A stretch of DNA of 64,000 nucleotides from an uncultured Chloroflexia bacterium (GTDB taxonomy: Bacteria; Chloroflexota; Limnocylindria; Limnocylindrales; CSP1-4). Of this stretch, positions 8,759 to 18,692 are shown one piece after another; positions within the stretch are counted from its first letter, which is position 1; each line of letters opens with the position of its first letter. Location of the stretch: positions 64,001-128,000 of the forward strand of contig CAVYBU010000002.1 of the NCBI GenBank assembly GCA_963766735.1. The letters are read 5' to 3'. A program made the translations under genes and the position numbers. The notes beneath the pieces are model-generated. The model saw only the letters and a list, made by a program, of their open reading frames with translations. It was not told the DNA's origin and ran no database searches.

Positions 8759-10468
8759 GTGATGCGTCCCATGTCCCGAACATTCCGTATCGGCACTCGC
8801 GGCAGCGAGCTCGCCCTGGTCCAGGCCCGCTGGGTCGCCGCCCGCCTCGCGGAGCACGGCGTCACCTCGGAGATCACGATCGTCCGAACCGAGGGCGACG
8901 ACCGCCCTGTGGACACCGCCTGGGGCGAGGGCGCCTTCGTCGGCCGCATCGTGGCGGCCCTGCTGGACGGCACCGTGGACCTCGCGGTCCACTCCGCGAA
9001 GGACGTCCCGACGACGGAGCCGGACCAGCTGGTGATCGCCGCCTATCCGCCCCGGGAGGATCCCCGCGACGCGCTCGTCTGCCGGGTCCGGGGAACGACG
9101 CTCGCAACGCTCCCTGTCGGCTCCCGCGTGGGCACGGACTCCCCGCGCCGGGCCGCCTTCCTGCGGGCGGTCCGCCCGGACCTTGACCTCCACCCACTTC
9201 ACGGCAACGTGGACACCCGGCTGGCCAAGCTGGATCGCGGAGACAGCGATGCGCTGGTCCTCGCGGTGGCGGGGCTGACGCGCCTCGGTCGTGCGGAGCG
9301 GATCGACGACACCCTGCCAGCCGACGTTGTCCCGTCCGCTCCGGGCCAGGGCTCGCTGGCGCTGCAGGTCCGTGCCGGGGACGCCGAGGCGATCGCGGTC
9401 GTGGGGCTCCTGGACGATGCGGACACGCGGGTCGCGGTCGAGGCGGAGCGGGCGCTCCTCGCCGGGACCGGCGGTGGTTGCCGGTCCCCGATCGGGGCCG
9501 TCGGGACAGTCCGGGACGGGCGACTGGAGATGCTGGCGGGGGCCGAACGGACATGGACCCCGGGCGAGGACGCTGCGATCGCGGTGTCTCGCGTGGCCTG
9601 GGTCAGGGGCAATGCCACCGCTGCCGACCGCGCCCACCTGTCCACACGTCTGGCCCGCCGCATCGTGGCGCTGCGCACGCGGCCCAGGGCGCTGGTCGCC
9701 CGGCCAATCGGACAGGCCGAGGCGATGGTAGTGGCGCTCGATAGCGCGGGCGTCGAGCCGGTTCACGTGCCTGCCATCGAGATCCGCGCGGCCGCTCCCG
9801 GTGGCGCCTTCGACACCGCGGTCGCCCGGGTCAATGCCGGGGACACCGTGGTCGTGACCAGCGCGAACGCCGCACGGGCAATGCTCCGGGCGGCGACGCG
9901 CATGGACCTGGCCCCGGCCGTCCTCGCCTGGGCCGCGGTGGGGGAGGCGACGGCCGCCGTCCTCACCGACGCCGGGCTGGAAGGCGTCTTCATCCCCACC
10001 GAGCCCAACGCCGCCGCGCTCGCGCGGGAGTTGCCCATCCGGCCCCACGACCGGGTCCTGGTGCCGCACGCGGACATCGCGGACAGGGCCCTCGCGGAGA
10101 CGCTGCGCGCACGGGGTGCGACCGTCACCGATGTCGTTGCCTACGAGACGGCCGAGGCCCCCGAGACGTCCCGCCCGCTGCTCGCCGCGGCGCTCGACGA
10201 CGGCCCGGTGGACGTCCTGGTGCTCACCAGCGGTTCGACGGCGCGCGGGCTGCTGGCCCTCGCCTCGGACGACGCGCTGGCGCGGCTCCTGGCCACGCCG
10301 GTGATCACCGGTGGGCCGGCAACCTTCGCCGCCGCCCGCGAGCTGGGCTTCGAGACCGTGCTCCAGGCCCCTTCGCCCGGCGCCCTGGCCCTCGCCACCT
10401 TCACCGCCGCCGCGCTGGGCGTGGCGGCGCCCGATCCCCGGCCCACCCCCGCAGGAGAGACCCGATGA
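8759..10468 (+). CDS. hemC: Fused porphobilinogen deaminase / uroporphyrinogen-III synthase
   Basis: IGTRGSELALVQ, AVHSAKD, GNVDTRL and GGCRSPIG, followed by a HemD domain (VVTSANA, AVGEATA, VAYET, LTSGSTA). Confidence 0.92.
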   Translation: MMRPMSRTFRIGTRGSELALVQARWVAARLAEHGVTSEITIVRTEGDDRPVDTAWGEGAFVGRIVAALLDGTVDLAVHSAKDVPTTEPDQLVIAAYPPREDPRDALVCRVRGTTLATLPVGSRVGTDSPRRAAFLRAVRPDLDLHPLHGNVDTRLAKLDRGDSDALVLAVAGLTRLGRAERIDDTLPADVVPSAPGQGSLALQVRAGDAEAIAVVGLLDDADTRVAVEAERALLAGTGGGCRSPIGAVGTVRDGRLEMLAGAERTWTPGEDAAIAVSRVAWVRGNATAADRAHLSTRLARRIVALRTRPRALVARPIGQAEAMVVALDSAGVEPVHVPAIEIRAAAPGGAFDTAVARVNAGDTVVVTSANAARAMLRAATRMDLAPAVLAWAAVGEATAAVLTDAGLEGVFIPTEPNAAALARELPIRPHDRVLVPHADIADRALAETLRARGATVTDVVAYETAEAPETSRPLLAAALDDGPVDVLVLTSGSTARGLLALASDDALARLLATPVITGGPATFAAARELGFETVLQAPSPGALALATFTAAALGVAAPDPRPTPAGETR

Positions 10469-11493
10469 CGCTCCTCGCCGGCGGCCCGCTGGCCTCCGTG
10501 TCCGACGCAGAGACCACGGATCCCGCCCACCGCCTCCGACGCACCCGCCGGACGGAGACCCTCCGCGCGTTCGTGCGCGAGACCCGCATCCATCCCCGCA
10601 ACCTGGTCGCGCCCATGTTCGTGACCCCGGGCCGCGGCGTCCGCGAGCCCGTGGGGTCCATGCCCGGCGTGGTACGCGTGTCGCCCGACGAGGCTCTGGG
10701 CGACGCCCGGGCCCTCGCCGCGCTCGGCATCGGCGGCCTGATCCTTTTCGGCCTGCCGGCTGAGAAGGACGGCGTCGGCACCGGTGGCTGGGTGCGCGAT
10801 GGCATCGTGCAGGAGACGCTCCGCCGGTTGCGGGACGCGGACCTGGACCTCGTGCTGATCGCCGACACCTGCCTCTGCGAGTACACGGATCACGGGCACT
10901 GCGGCCCGCTCCTCCCGGACGGTCGCGTCGACAACGATGCCACCATCGAACTCTTTGCCCGGACGGCGGCTTCACAGGCGGAAGCCGGCGCCGACATCGT
11001 CGCGCCCAGCGGCATGATGGACGGTCAGGTGGCCGCGATCCGACGTGGCCTGGATGCCGACGGCCACCAGGACGCCGCGATCCTGGCCTACGCCGCCAAG
11101 ACCGCGTCCGCGTTCTACGGCCCGTTCCGCGAGGCTGCGGGCTCGGCGCCATCGTTCGGCGACCGCCGCGGCTACCAGATGGATCCGGCCAACGGCCGCG
11201 AGTCGATGCGCGAGATCGCAGTGGACATGGCCGAGGGCGCCGACATGCTGCTCATCAAGCCCGCGCTGCCGTCGCTGGACATCCTCGCCGCGGCCCGTGC
11301 CCGCTTCGACGTCCCGATCGGCGCCTACCAGGTGAGCGGCGAGTACGCCTCCATCGAGGCCGCCGCTCAGCGCGGCTGGCTTGACCGCCGCCGCGCCCTC
11401 ACCGAGAGCACCGTCTCGATCCTGCGCGCGGGCGCCGGGTTCGTCATCACCTATGCCGCCGCCGACCTCGCGGCCTGGTCGCAGGAGGCCTGA
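10465..11493 (+). CDS. hemB: Porphobilinogen synthase
   Basis: CLCEYTDHGHCG zinc site, APSGMMDG, FYGPFREAA, YQMDPAN. Confidence 0.96.
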   Translation: MTLLAGGPLASVSDAETTDPAHRLRRTRRTETLRAFVRETRIHPRNLVAPMFVTPGRGVREPVGSMPGVVRVSPDEALGDARALAALGIGGLILFGLPAEKDGVGTGGWVRDGIVQETLRRLRDADLDLVLIADTCLCEYTDHGHCGPLLPDGRVDNDATIELFARTAASQAEAGADIVAPSGMMDGQVAAIRRGLDADGHQDAAILAYAAKTASAFYGPFREAAGSAPSFGDRRGYQMDPANGRESMREIAVDMAEGADMLLIKPALPSLDILAAARARFDVPIGAYQVSGEYASIEAAAQRGWLDRRRALTESTVSILRAGAGFVITYAAADLAAWSQEA

Positions 11494-11494
11494 C

Positions 11495-12805
11495 ATGAGT
11501 TCCGACACCACGACATCCAGCATCCCGCCCGCCGACGGTCGCCAGGCCCAGCTTCGCCGGGAGGCGGCGGACCTGTTCCCGGGTGGCGTCAACAGCCCCG
11601 TGCGGGCATTCCGGTCCGTCGCCCGCCCGCCCCTCATTCTCGACGCCGGCAAGGGCCCCCGCGTCCGCGACGCGGACGGCCACTGGTACCTGGACTACAT
11701 CGGCAGCTGGGGTCCCGCGATCCTGGGCCACGCTGCCCCAGCGGTGGTCTCCGCGGTCCGTGAGGCGGCCCTCGACGGGTTCGCCCTGGGCGCCACCGGC
11801 CCCCGCGAGGTGGAGCTGGGCGAGCGCGTCCGCGCCGCGATGCCCTCGATGGAGCGAATGCGGTTCGTATCGTCCGGCACCGAGGCCGTCATGAGCGCGA
11901 TCCGCCTGGCGCGTGGCGCCACGGGGCGTGACCTGATCGTGAAGTTCGCCGGCGGCTACCACGGCCACGGTGACAGCCTGCTGGTGGACGCCGGATCCGG
12001 CCTGGCGACGCTGGGGATGCCCGGGTCCGCGGGCGTCACTGCGGCGGCCGCGCGCGACACGATCGTGATCCCGTACAACGACGTCGCCGCGGTGGCCGAG
12101 GTGTTCCGTGCCCACCCGGAGCAGGTCGCCGCGATCATCGTGGAGCCGGTCGGCGCCAACGTGGGCGTCATCGCCCCGGAGCCCGGATTCCTCGAGGCGC
12201 TGCGCAGGCTGACCGAGGCGAACGGTGCCCTGCTGATCTTCGACGAGGTCATCACCGGGTTCCGCGTCGCGCGCGGCGGGGCGCAGGAGCGCTACGGGAT
12301 CGTGCCGGACCTCACGACGCTGGGCAAGATCGTCGGCGGCGGGATGCCGATCGGTGCCTACGGCGGCCGCGCGGACCTCATGGCGCAGGTCGCCCCGGAT
12401 GGCGGCGTCTACCAGGCCGGGACCCTGTCCGGTCATCCGCTGTGCATGGCCGCTGGCGTCGCCGCCCTCGACCTGCTCACACCGACCGTGTACGAGCAGC
12501 TGGAGGCGACGGGAGCCGCGCTTGAGACGGGGCTGAGACAGGCTGCCGCCGAGGCCGGCCGGGAGGTTGCGATCTCCCGCGTGGGCTCGCTCCTGACGGT
12601 GTTCTTCCTCCGGGACGTTCCGCGCAACTCCGCCCAGGCACTGACCGCCGACAGGGAGGCCTTCACCCGGTTCTTCGGCGCCATGCTGGACGAGGGGGTG
12701 CTCCTCGCGCCGTCCCAGTTCGAGGCCTGGTTCATCTCGGTCACCCACGGCGATGACGAGATCGCCGAGACGCTGGCGGCGGCGCGGAAGGCGTTCGCGG
12801 CATGA
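11495..12805 (+). CDS. hemL: Glutamate-1-semialdehyde 2,1-aminomutase
   Basis: PGGVNSPVRAF, SSGTEA, FDEVITGFR, LGKIVGGG, YQAGTLSG. Confidence 0.96.
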   Translation: MSSDTTTSSIPPADGRQAQLRREAADLFPGGVNSPVRAFRSVARPPLILDAGKGPRVRDADGHWYLDYIGSWGPAILGHAAPAVVSAVREAALDGFALGATGPREVELGERVRAAMPSMERMRFVSSGTEAVMSAIRLARGATGRDLIVKFAGGYHGHGDSLLVDAGSGLATLGMPGSAGVTAAAARDTIVIPYNDVAAVAEVFRAHPEQVAAIIVEPVGANVGVIAPEPGFLEALRRLTEANGALLIFDEVITGFRVARGGAQERYGIVPDLTTLGKIVGGGMPIGAYGGRADLMAQVAPDGGVYQAGTLSGHPLCMAAGVAALDLLTPTVYEQLEATGAALETGLRQAAAEAGREVAISRVGSLLTVFFLRDVPRNSAQALTADREAFTRFFGAMLDEGVLLAPSQFEAWFISVTHGDDEIAETLAAARKAFAA

Positions 12806-13830
12806 GTCCTGATGCGCGGTACCTCCGCGCGGCGCGCGGCCTGCCGGTGGACACGACCCCGGTCTGGTTCATGCGCCAGGCCGGGCGGGCGCTGCCCGAG
12901 TACCGCAAGGTCCGCGAGCGGGCGACTCTTCTCGAGATCACCCGGGACCCGGCGCTGTGCGCGGAGGTCACCCTCCAGCCGGTGCGCCGCCTCGGCGTGG
13001 ACGCCGCCATCCTGTTCGCGGACATCACGACGCCGCTCGCGGGCCTCGGCGTCGCTTTCGACATCAAGGAGGGTGTCGGCCCCGTCATCGAGCATCCCGT
13101 CCGGACCATGGCCGACGTGGAGGCCCTGCACCCCTTCGACCCCGAGGCGTCGGTAGCGCCCCTCCTCCAGGCCATCCGGCTGATCCGCGCCGAATCGCCG
13201 GTGCCCCTGATCGGCTTTGCCGGCGCGCCGTTCACCCTCGCCTGCTACCTCATCGAGGGTGGCCCGTCACGCGACTTCCAGCGGACCAAGCGGCTGATGC
13301 ACGCCGAGCCCGGGACGTGGGCCGCTCTGCTGGATCGTCTCGTGGATGCGACCATCGTCTATCTCTCCGCCCAGGTGGCCGCAGGGGCCCAGGCCGTGCA
13401 GGTGTTCGACTCGTGGGTCGGCGGCCTGAGCCCGCTGGACTACGAGCGCCGCCTGTGGCCGTGGATGCGCCGCCTGTTCGAGGGCATCGCGCCGCTTGGT
13501 GTCCCGATGACGCACTTCGGCGTGGGTACCGGCGGGATCCTGGGCCTCCAGGCATCGGCCGGCGGCGACGTGATCGGCCTCGACTGGCGGATCGCGCTGT
13601 CCGAGGGCCGGCGGCTCGTCGGCGACCGGGCGGTCCAGGGGAACCTGGACCCGGTGCTGCTGCTCGGCCCCTGGGAGGGGGTGGAGGAGGCGGCCCGCTG
13701 GGTCCTCGCCGAGAACGACGGGCGGCCCGGCCACATCTTCAACCTGGGCCACGGCGTCCTGCCCGGCACGGACCCCGATCACCTCGCGCGACTCGTCGAC
13801 CTCGTCCACAGCTCTGGAGCGTCCCGATGA
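12802..13830 (+). CDS. hemE: Uroporphyrinogen decarboxylase
   Basis: PVWFMRQAGR, GFAGAPFTL, QGNLDP, FNLGHG. Confidence 0.96.
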   Translation: MSPDARYLRAARGLPVDTTPVWFMRQAGRALPEYRKVRERATLLEITRDPALCAEVTLQPVRRLGVDAAILFADITTPLAGLGVAFDIKEGVGPVIEHPVRTMADVEALHPFDPEASVAPLLQAIRLIRAESPVPLIGFAGAPFTLACYLIEGGPSRDFQRTKRLMHAEPGTWAALLDRLVDATIVYLSAQVAAGAQAVQVFDSWVGGLSPLDYERRLWPWMRRLFEGIAPLGVPMTHFGVGTGGILGLQASAGGDVIGLDWRIALSEGRRLVGDRAVQGNLDPVLLLGPWEGVEEAARWVLAENDGRPGHIFNLGHGVLPGTDPDHLARLVDLVHSSGASR

Positions 13831-14759
13831 CCACCGCCGTCCTGCTCATGGCCTACGGCAGCCCCGACCGGCTGGACCAGGTCGAGGCCTACTACACGGA
13901 CATCCGCCGCGGCAATCCGCCCCCGCCTCACCTCCTGGAAGAGCTGCTGGATCGCTATCGGGCGATCGGAGGCGGCTCCCCGCTGTCGCGGATCGTGGAG
14001 GAGCAGCGGGCCGCCGTGGAGGCGGAGCTGGCGTCGCGGGGCGTGCCCGTCCGCGTGTACGCGGGCATGCGGCACATCGAGCCGCGGATCGGCGACATCG
14101 TCAAGGGCATGGTCGCGGACGGGGTGGACCGTTTCGTCGCGATCGCCCTCGCCCCGCAGAAGTCGTCCAATGCCGCCGGGTACCGCCGGGCGGTCGACAC
14201 CGCGAGCGCCTCGATCGCCGAGGCCGGTGGCCGCCCTCCCGAGGTGATCTTCGTTGACTCGTGGCACGACCAGCCGCGGTTCATCGAGGCGTTGGCCGAG
14301 ACCACCCGCGAGGCGCTCGCCCGCTTCGACGATCCGTCCCGGGTCCGCGTCATGTTCACCGCCCACAGCCTGCCCGCACGCGTCGTGGCGGAGGGGGATC
14401 CGTACCCGGACGAGCTGGCCCGGACCGCGTCACTCGTGGCCGCCGCGCTGGGGCTGGAGCGCTATGACTTCTCGTTCCAGAGCGCAGGCCGAACCGGCGA
14501 GCCGTGGCTTGGCCCGGACATCCTCGACGAGATCCGGCGCCTGGCCGCCGACGGCGTCACGGAGCTGGTGATCCGGCCCGTGGGCTTCGTCGCCGACCAC
14601 CTGGAGGTCCTCTACGACATCGACATCGAGGCCCAGGGCGTCGCTCGCCCGCTCGGGGTGCGCCTGGAGCGCGCCCGCTCGATGAACACCGACCCGACGT
14701 TCATCGCCGGCCTCGCCGATATCGCGGCCGACGCCCTGCGTCCCACGACGGTCGCCTGA
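13827..14759 (+). CDS. hemH: Ferrochelatase, probably coproporphyrin ferrochelatase (CpfC type)
   Basis: LLMAYGSP, FTAHSLP, FQSAGRTGEPWLGP, GFVADHLEVLYDID; ATGA-coupled to hemE. Confidence 0.93.
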   Translation: MTTAVLLMAYGSPDRLDQVEAYYTDIRRGNPPPPHLLEELLDRYRAIGGGSPLSRIVEEQRAAVEAELASRGVPVRVYAGMRHIEPRIGDIVKGMVADGVDRFVAIALAPQKSSNAAGYRRAVDTASASIAEAGGRPPEVIFVDSWHDQPRFIEALAETTREALARFDDPSRVRVMFTAHSLPARVVAEGDPYPDELARTASLVAAALGLERYDFSFQSAGRTGEPWLGPDILDEIRRLAADGVTELVIRPVGFVADHLEVLYDIDIEAQGVARPLGVRLERARSMNTDPTFIAGLADIAADALRPTTVA

Positions 14760-14778
14760 GCGACCGGAGGAGTTCCCG

Positions 14779-16053
14779 ATGACCACGCCGTCCCACAGCC
14801 AGATCGATCCCGCCCCGGCCGGCCGCCCGGGAGGACACCCCGGCGGACATCCCGGCGGCCACCCGGGCGGGCACCCCGGTGGCATCACCGGCGTCGGCGC
14901 CGTCCGCGCCGAGGGCTACGTCTACGACCGCGCCCCGATGCTCGTCTACTGGGAGACGACGCTCGCCTGCGGCCTCGCCTGCCGTCACTGCCGGGCCACG
15001 GCCCAGGCCGAGCGCAACCCGCTCGAGCTGACGACCGAGGAGGGCTACCGCCTCCTGGACGAGGTGATCAGGTTCGGGCGCCCGTACCCGCACGTCGTGT
15101 TCACCGGCGGCGACCCGCTCAATCGCCCCGACCTCCACGAGCTGGTCCGCGCGGCCACCGAGCGGGGGATCGGCGCCTCCCTGGCCCCGGCCGCCACGCC
15201 GCTCCTCACCCAGGAGGTGATGGAGAGCCTGCGCGATGCCGGCGTCCAGAACATCAGCCTCTCGCTCGATGGCTCCGACGCGAAACGCCACGACGGCTTC
15301 CGCATGGTCGAGGGCACGTTCGACAAGACGCTCCAGGCGGCGAAGTGGGCCCGCGCGGCCGGCCTCCCGATCCAGGTCAACACGCTGGTCACGGACGAGA
15401 CCCTGAGCGACCTGCCTGCGGTCTACGAGCTCCTGCTGGGCATGGACATCCTGCGCTGGAGCCTGTTCATGCTGATCACCACGGGGCGGGGGAGCGACCT
15501 GCGCGAGGTCACCCCGGCCCAGTCCGAGAAGCTCAACGCATGGCTGTTCGGGCTCTCGAAGGAGGCCCCGTTCCAGGTCAAGACGACCGAGGCCACCCAC
15601 TACCGCCGGCATGCCATCCGGGACATGGAGGCGGCCGGGATGTCCTTCGACGACATCCTCAAGACGTCCGTGGGCCGTGGGTTCGGCATCCGGGACGGCA
15701 ACGGGATCGTGTTCATCAACCACGACGGCACGGTGAACCCGTCGGGCTTCCTGCCGATCCCGCTGGGGAACGTGCGCGAGGCGTCGATCGTGGACCTGTA
15801 CCGCGATCACCCGGTGATGCGCGGCCTGCGCAACCCGGAGGGCTTCAAGGGCCGCTGCGGCGCCTGCGAGTACGCGCGGATCTGCGGCGGATCGCGGGCG
15901 CGGGCCTACGCCTGGACGGGCGACCCGCTCGAGTCCGATCCGCTCTGCCCGTACGTGCCGTCGGGTTCGGTGGCCCAGTACGGGATGCCGGTCGATGCCG
16001 GCGCCGCCCGCCCTGTTGCCGCCGGTCCGGCCACGGCCGGAATCAAGGCCTGA
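14779..16053 (+). CDS. Radical SAM/SPASM protein (TIGR04053/AhbD-like) with N-terminal GGHP repeats
   Basis: CGLACRHC radical SAM motif, TGGDPL, SPASM-like CGACEYARICGGSRARA...DPLC. Confidence 0.88.
   Translation: MTTPSHSQIDPAPAGRPGGHPGGHPGGHPGGHPGGITGVGAVRAEGYVYDRAPMLVYWETTLACGLACRHCRATAQAERNPLELTTEEGYRLLDEVIRFGRPYPHVVFTGGDPLNRPDLHELVRAATERGIGASLAPAATPLLTQEVMESLRDAGVQNISLSLDGSDAKRHDGFRMVEGTFDKTLQAAKWARAAGLPIQVNTLVTDETLSDLPAVYELLLGMDILRWSLFMLITTGRGSDLREVTPAQSEKLNAWLFGLSKEAPFQVKTTEATHYRRHAIRDMEAAGMSFDDILKTSVGRGFGIRDGNGIVFINHDGTVNPSGFLPIPLGNVREASIVDLYRDHPVMRGLRNPEGFKGRCGACEYARICGGSRARAYAWTGDPLESDPLCPYVPSGSVAQYGMPVDAGAARPVAAGPATAGIKA
14830..14877 (+). repeat. (GGHP)4 coding tandem repeat
   Basis: Four 12-bp units with synonymous variation encoding GGHP. 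Confidence 0.9.
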
Positions 16054-16067
16054 GAGGGCCCCAGGCG

Positions 16068-17570
16068 ATGAGCGTCCTGGTTGTCGGCGGCGGGATCACG
16101 GGACTCGTGGCCGCTCGCGCGCTCGCGCTCGACGGTGTCCCGGTCACCCTGGCCGAGGCCGGCCCCCGACTCGGCGGCAAGGTGGTCACCGAGCGCGTGG
16201 ACGGGTTCACGCTGGAGCACGGGCCGGATTCGTTCCTGGCCACGCGCCCGGCGGCGATCTCGCTGGCTCGGGAGCTGGGGCTCGGCGCGGAGCTGACCGG
16301 CACGCTCGATCCCCGGGCGGTGTTCATCCGCCACAACGGCTCGCTGGTGCCGATGCCGGAGGGCCTGGGGCTCGTCCTGCCGACGAAGGCGATGCCGTTC
16401 GCGAAGAGCAAGCTGTTCTCGTGGCCGGAGAAGGCCCGGATGGCCGTCGACGTCGTCTCGCCGCGCCGGCTCGGCCCCGATGACGTGGCCGTGGGGACGT
16501 ACCTGCGCTCGAGGCTCGGGTCTCCGCTCGTTGACCGGCTGGCCGGGCCGCTGGTGGGCGGGGTCTACGGGACGCCGATCGACGAGCTGAGCCTGGACGC
16601 GGTGGTGCCGCAGCTGCGGACCGCAGAGCGCCAGCACCGCAGCCTGCTGTTCGCCGGCCTCTCGGACGGACGGTCGATGCGCCGGGCAGCCGCCGCGCGG
16701 GCGGCGAGCGCGGCCCGGGCGGAGGCTGCGGCCGCCTCCGGTGCCCCTGCCGCGCCGGGGACGAAGCCGCTGGGGACCTTCGTCTCGCTCCGCGGCGGCA
16801 TGGACCGGCTGATCGATGCCGTCGTGGCATCGGCGGAGGTTGCGGGCGCCGACCTGCGCACGAGGTTCGCGGTACGTGCGCTCGCGCGGTCCGGGTCCGG
16901 CGTCACGGCGCGGTTCTCGGATGGGTCCGAGGCACGGTTCGACGCAGTGATCATCGCCGCGCCGGCGCCGGTGGCTGCCGTCCTGCTCGACGACGAGGCG
17001 CCGGGCGCGTCCGCCGCGCTCGATGAGATCCCGCACGGGACCAGCATCCTCGTCACGCTCGCGTACCCGCGCGAGGCCGTCGGCCACCCACTCATCGGTC
17101 ATGGCTACCTCGTGCCTCCGTCTGACGGCGGCGCGATCAGTGCCTGCACCTGGACGTCGCAGAAGTGGCCCGACCGCGCGCCTGAGGGCACCGTCCTGCT
17201 CCGGATGTTCGTCCGCGACGAGGGTGCGTGGACCCGCCTTGCGGACGAGGCGCTGGTCGCCTCGGCTCGCGAGGACGCCGGCCGCACGCTCCGGATCACC
17301 GGCGAGCCGCTCCTCGTCCGCGTCTCGCGCTACGAGCACTCGATGCCCCGCTACACCGTTGGACACCTGCGGCGTGCCGCGGCTATCGAGGCGGCGGTCG
17401 GCGCGTGGCCGGCGGTGACGGTGACCGGGGCCTCGTACCGCGGCGTGGGGCTGCCGGACTGCATCTCCCAGGGCCTGGCCGCGGCCTCGTCCGTGGCTGC
17501 GCGCCTCCGGGAGGCCGCCGAGCCGGCGGACCCGGACCTGCCCGCGGCGCGGGAGATGGCGACCGCCTAG
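16068..17570 (+). CDS. hemY: Coproporphyrinogen/protoporphyrinogen oxidase (HemY/CgoX)
   Basis: VVGGGITGL FAD site, EHGPDSF, KWPDRAP, MPRYTVGH, GVGLPDCI. Confidence 0.93.
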   Translation: MSVLVVGGGITGLVAARALALDGVPVTLAEAGPRLGGKVVTERVDGFTLEHGPDSFLATRPAAISLARELGLGAELTGTLDPRAVFIRHNGSLVPMPEGLGLVLPTKAMPFAKSKLFSWPEKARMAVDVVSPRRLGPDDVAVGTYLRSRLGSPLVDRLAGPLVGGVYGTPIDELSLDAVVPQLRTAERQHRSLLFAGLSDGRSMRRAAAARAASAARAEAAAASGAPAAPGTKPLGTFVSLRGGMDRLIDAVVASAEVAGADLRTRFAVRALARSGSGVTARFSDGSEARFDAVIIAAPAPVAAVLLDDEAPGASAALDEIPHGTSILVTLAYPREAVGHPLIGHGYLVPPSDGGAISACTWTSQKWPDRAPEGTVLLRMFVRDEGAWTRLADEALVASAREDAGRTLRITGEPLLVRVSRYEHSMPRYTVGHLRRAAAIEAAVGAWPAVTVTGASYRGVGLPDCISQGLAAASSVAARLREAAEPADPDLPAAREMATA

Positions 17571-17603
17571 TCCGGACGGGCCCGGCCCGGATTGGGGGTC
17601 CGG

Positions 17604-18533
17604 TCAGCCGTCCAGCGCCGCCCGGAGCTCAGGGAGCCGGTCCATCGTCTCGAAGTCGAAGGGCGTCCGGAAGATCAGGATCGGATGCGCGAAACCGGCT
17701 TCCCGGTAGCGGGCGAGCGTCGCCGCCACCTCCTCGACCGGCCCGCCTGCCGACAGCTCCCGCTCCTCGTCCTGCGGCAGGTGCGCGGCGAGGTATCCCG
17801 CCCAGGCGGCCTCCGCCTCGGCGCGGCTTGAGCGGATGACCACGTTGAGGTTCACCGTGCGCTCGATCTCGCCCTCGTCGCGTCCGGCGGCCTCGCAGGC
17901 CCCCCGCAGGATCGTGTCGGCCGCCGCCACCTCGTCCGGCGTCCCGTAGGCGTTCCACATGTCCGCGCTCCGGGCGATGAGCGGCAGCGTCTTCTTCGGC
18001 CCAGAGCCACCGATCAGGATCGGCAGGTGCTCCTGGACCGGGCGCGGCGCGCAGACGGCGTCACGGAACGTGTAGAAGCGCCCCACGTGGGTGACCGACT
18101 CGCCGTCCAGGAGCCGCCGCATAAGCGGCACGGCCTCGACCAGCCGATCCAGCCGCTCCCCGATGCCGCTCCCGAAGTCGAAGCCGAACGCTTCGTGCTC
18201 GCGCTCGAACCAGCCGGCTCCGAGGCCCAGGATCGCGCGTCCGCCGGAGACGTGGTCGATCGTCGTCGCCATCTTGGCCGTGAGGCCGGGGTTGCGGAGG
18301 GTGTTGGCGGAGACCATGTGGCCGAGCCGTGCCCGGTCGGTGATCGCGGCGATCGCCGCCAGCGTGGTCCAGCCCTCGAACTTGGCGTCCGGCCAGTCCC
18401 CCTCGTCGGAGAGCAGGTGGTCGTCGATCCACAGGTCGTCGAACCCGGCCGCTTCGGCGTGCAGGACCGCCAGGCGCAATTCCTGCCAGCCCGTGCGCTG
18501 GACCCAGAACGCCGCCCCGAACTGCATCGCCAT
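17604..18533 (-). CDS. LLM-class flavin/F420-dependent oxidoreductase
   Basis: GFDDLWIDDHL, EGWTTLAA, SGGRAILGLGAGWFEREH, PILIGGSG. Confidence 0.88.
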   Translation of the reverse strand: MAMQFGAAFWVQRTGWQELRLAVLHAEAAGFDDLWIDDHLLSDEGDWPDAKFEGWTTLAAIAAITDRARLGHMVSANTLRNPGLTAKMATTIDHVSGGRAILGLGAGWFEREHEAFGFDFGSGIGERLDRLVEAVPLMRRLLDGESVTHVGRFYTFRDAVCAPRPVQEHLPILIGGSGPKKTLPLIARSADMWNAYGTPDEVAAADTILRGACEAAGRDEGEIERTVNLNVVIRSSRAEAEAAWAGYLAAHLPQDEERELSAGGPVEEVAATLARYREAGFAHPILIFRTPFDFETMDRLPELRAALDG

Positions 18534-18692
18534 GATCGCCTCCTCGCCTCCTATCCTAGGGGGTGCCCGTCACCCTGCCCTCCCGGCGGCGCGCGGGGAC
18601 GGCGTACGAGGCGCGTTCGTGGTGCCTCGGTTGACGCACCTGGAACGGCGAGCCATTCTCGGAGATCACCGACAGACACCCCCGGAGGACGA

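Noticed and set aside
7181-11152. 1323-aa minus-strand ORF and many other long antisense or alternative-frame ORFs
   Set aside because: Shadows of real genes in very high-GC DNA; Arg/Gly/Pro-rich with no motifs.
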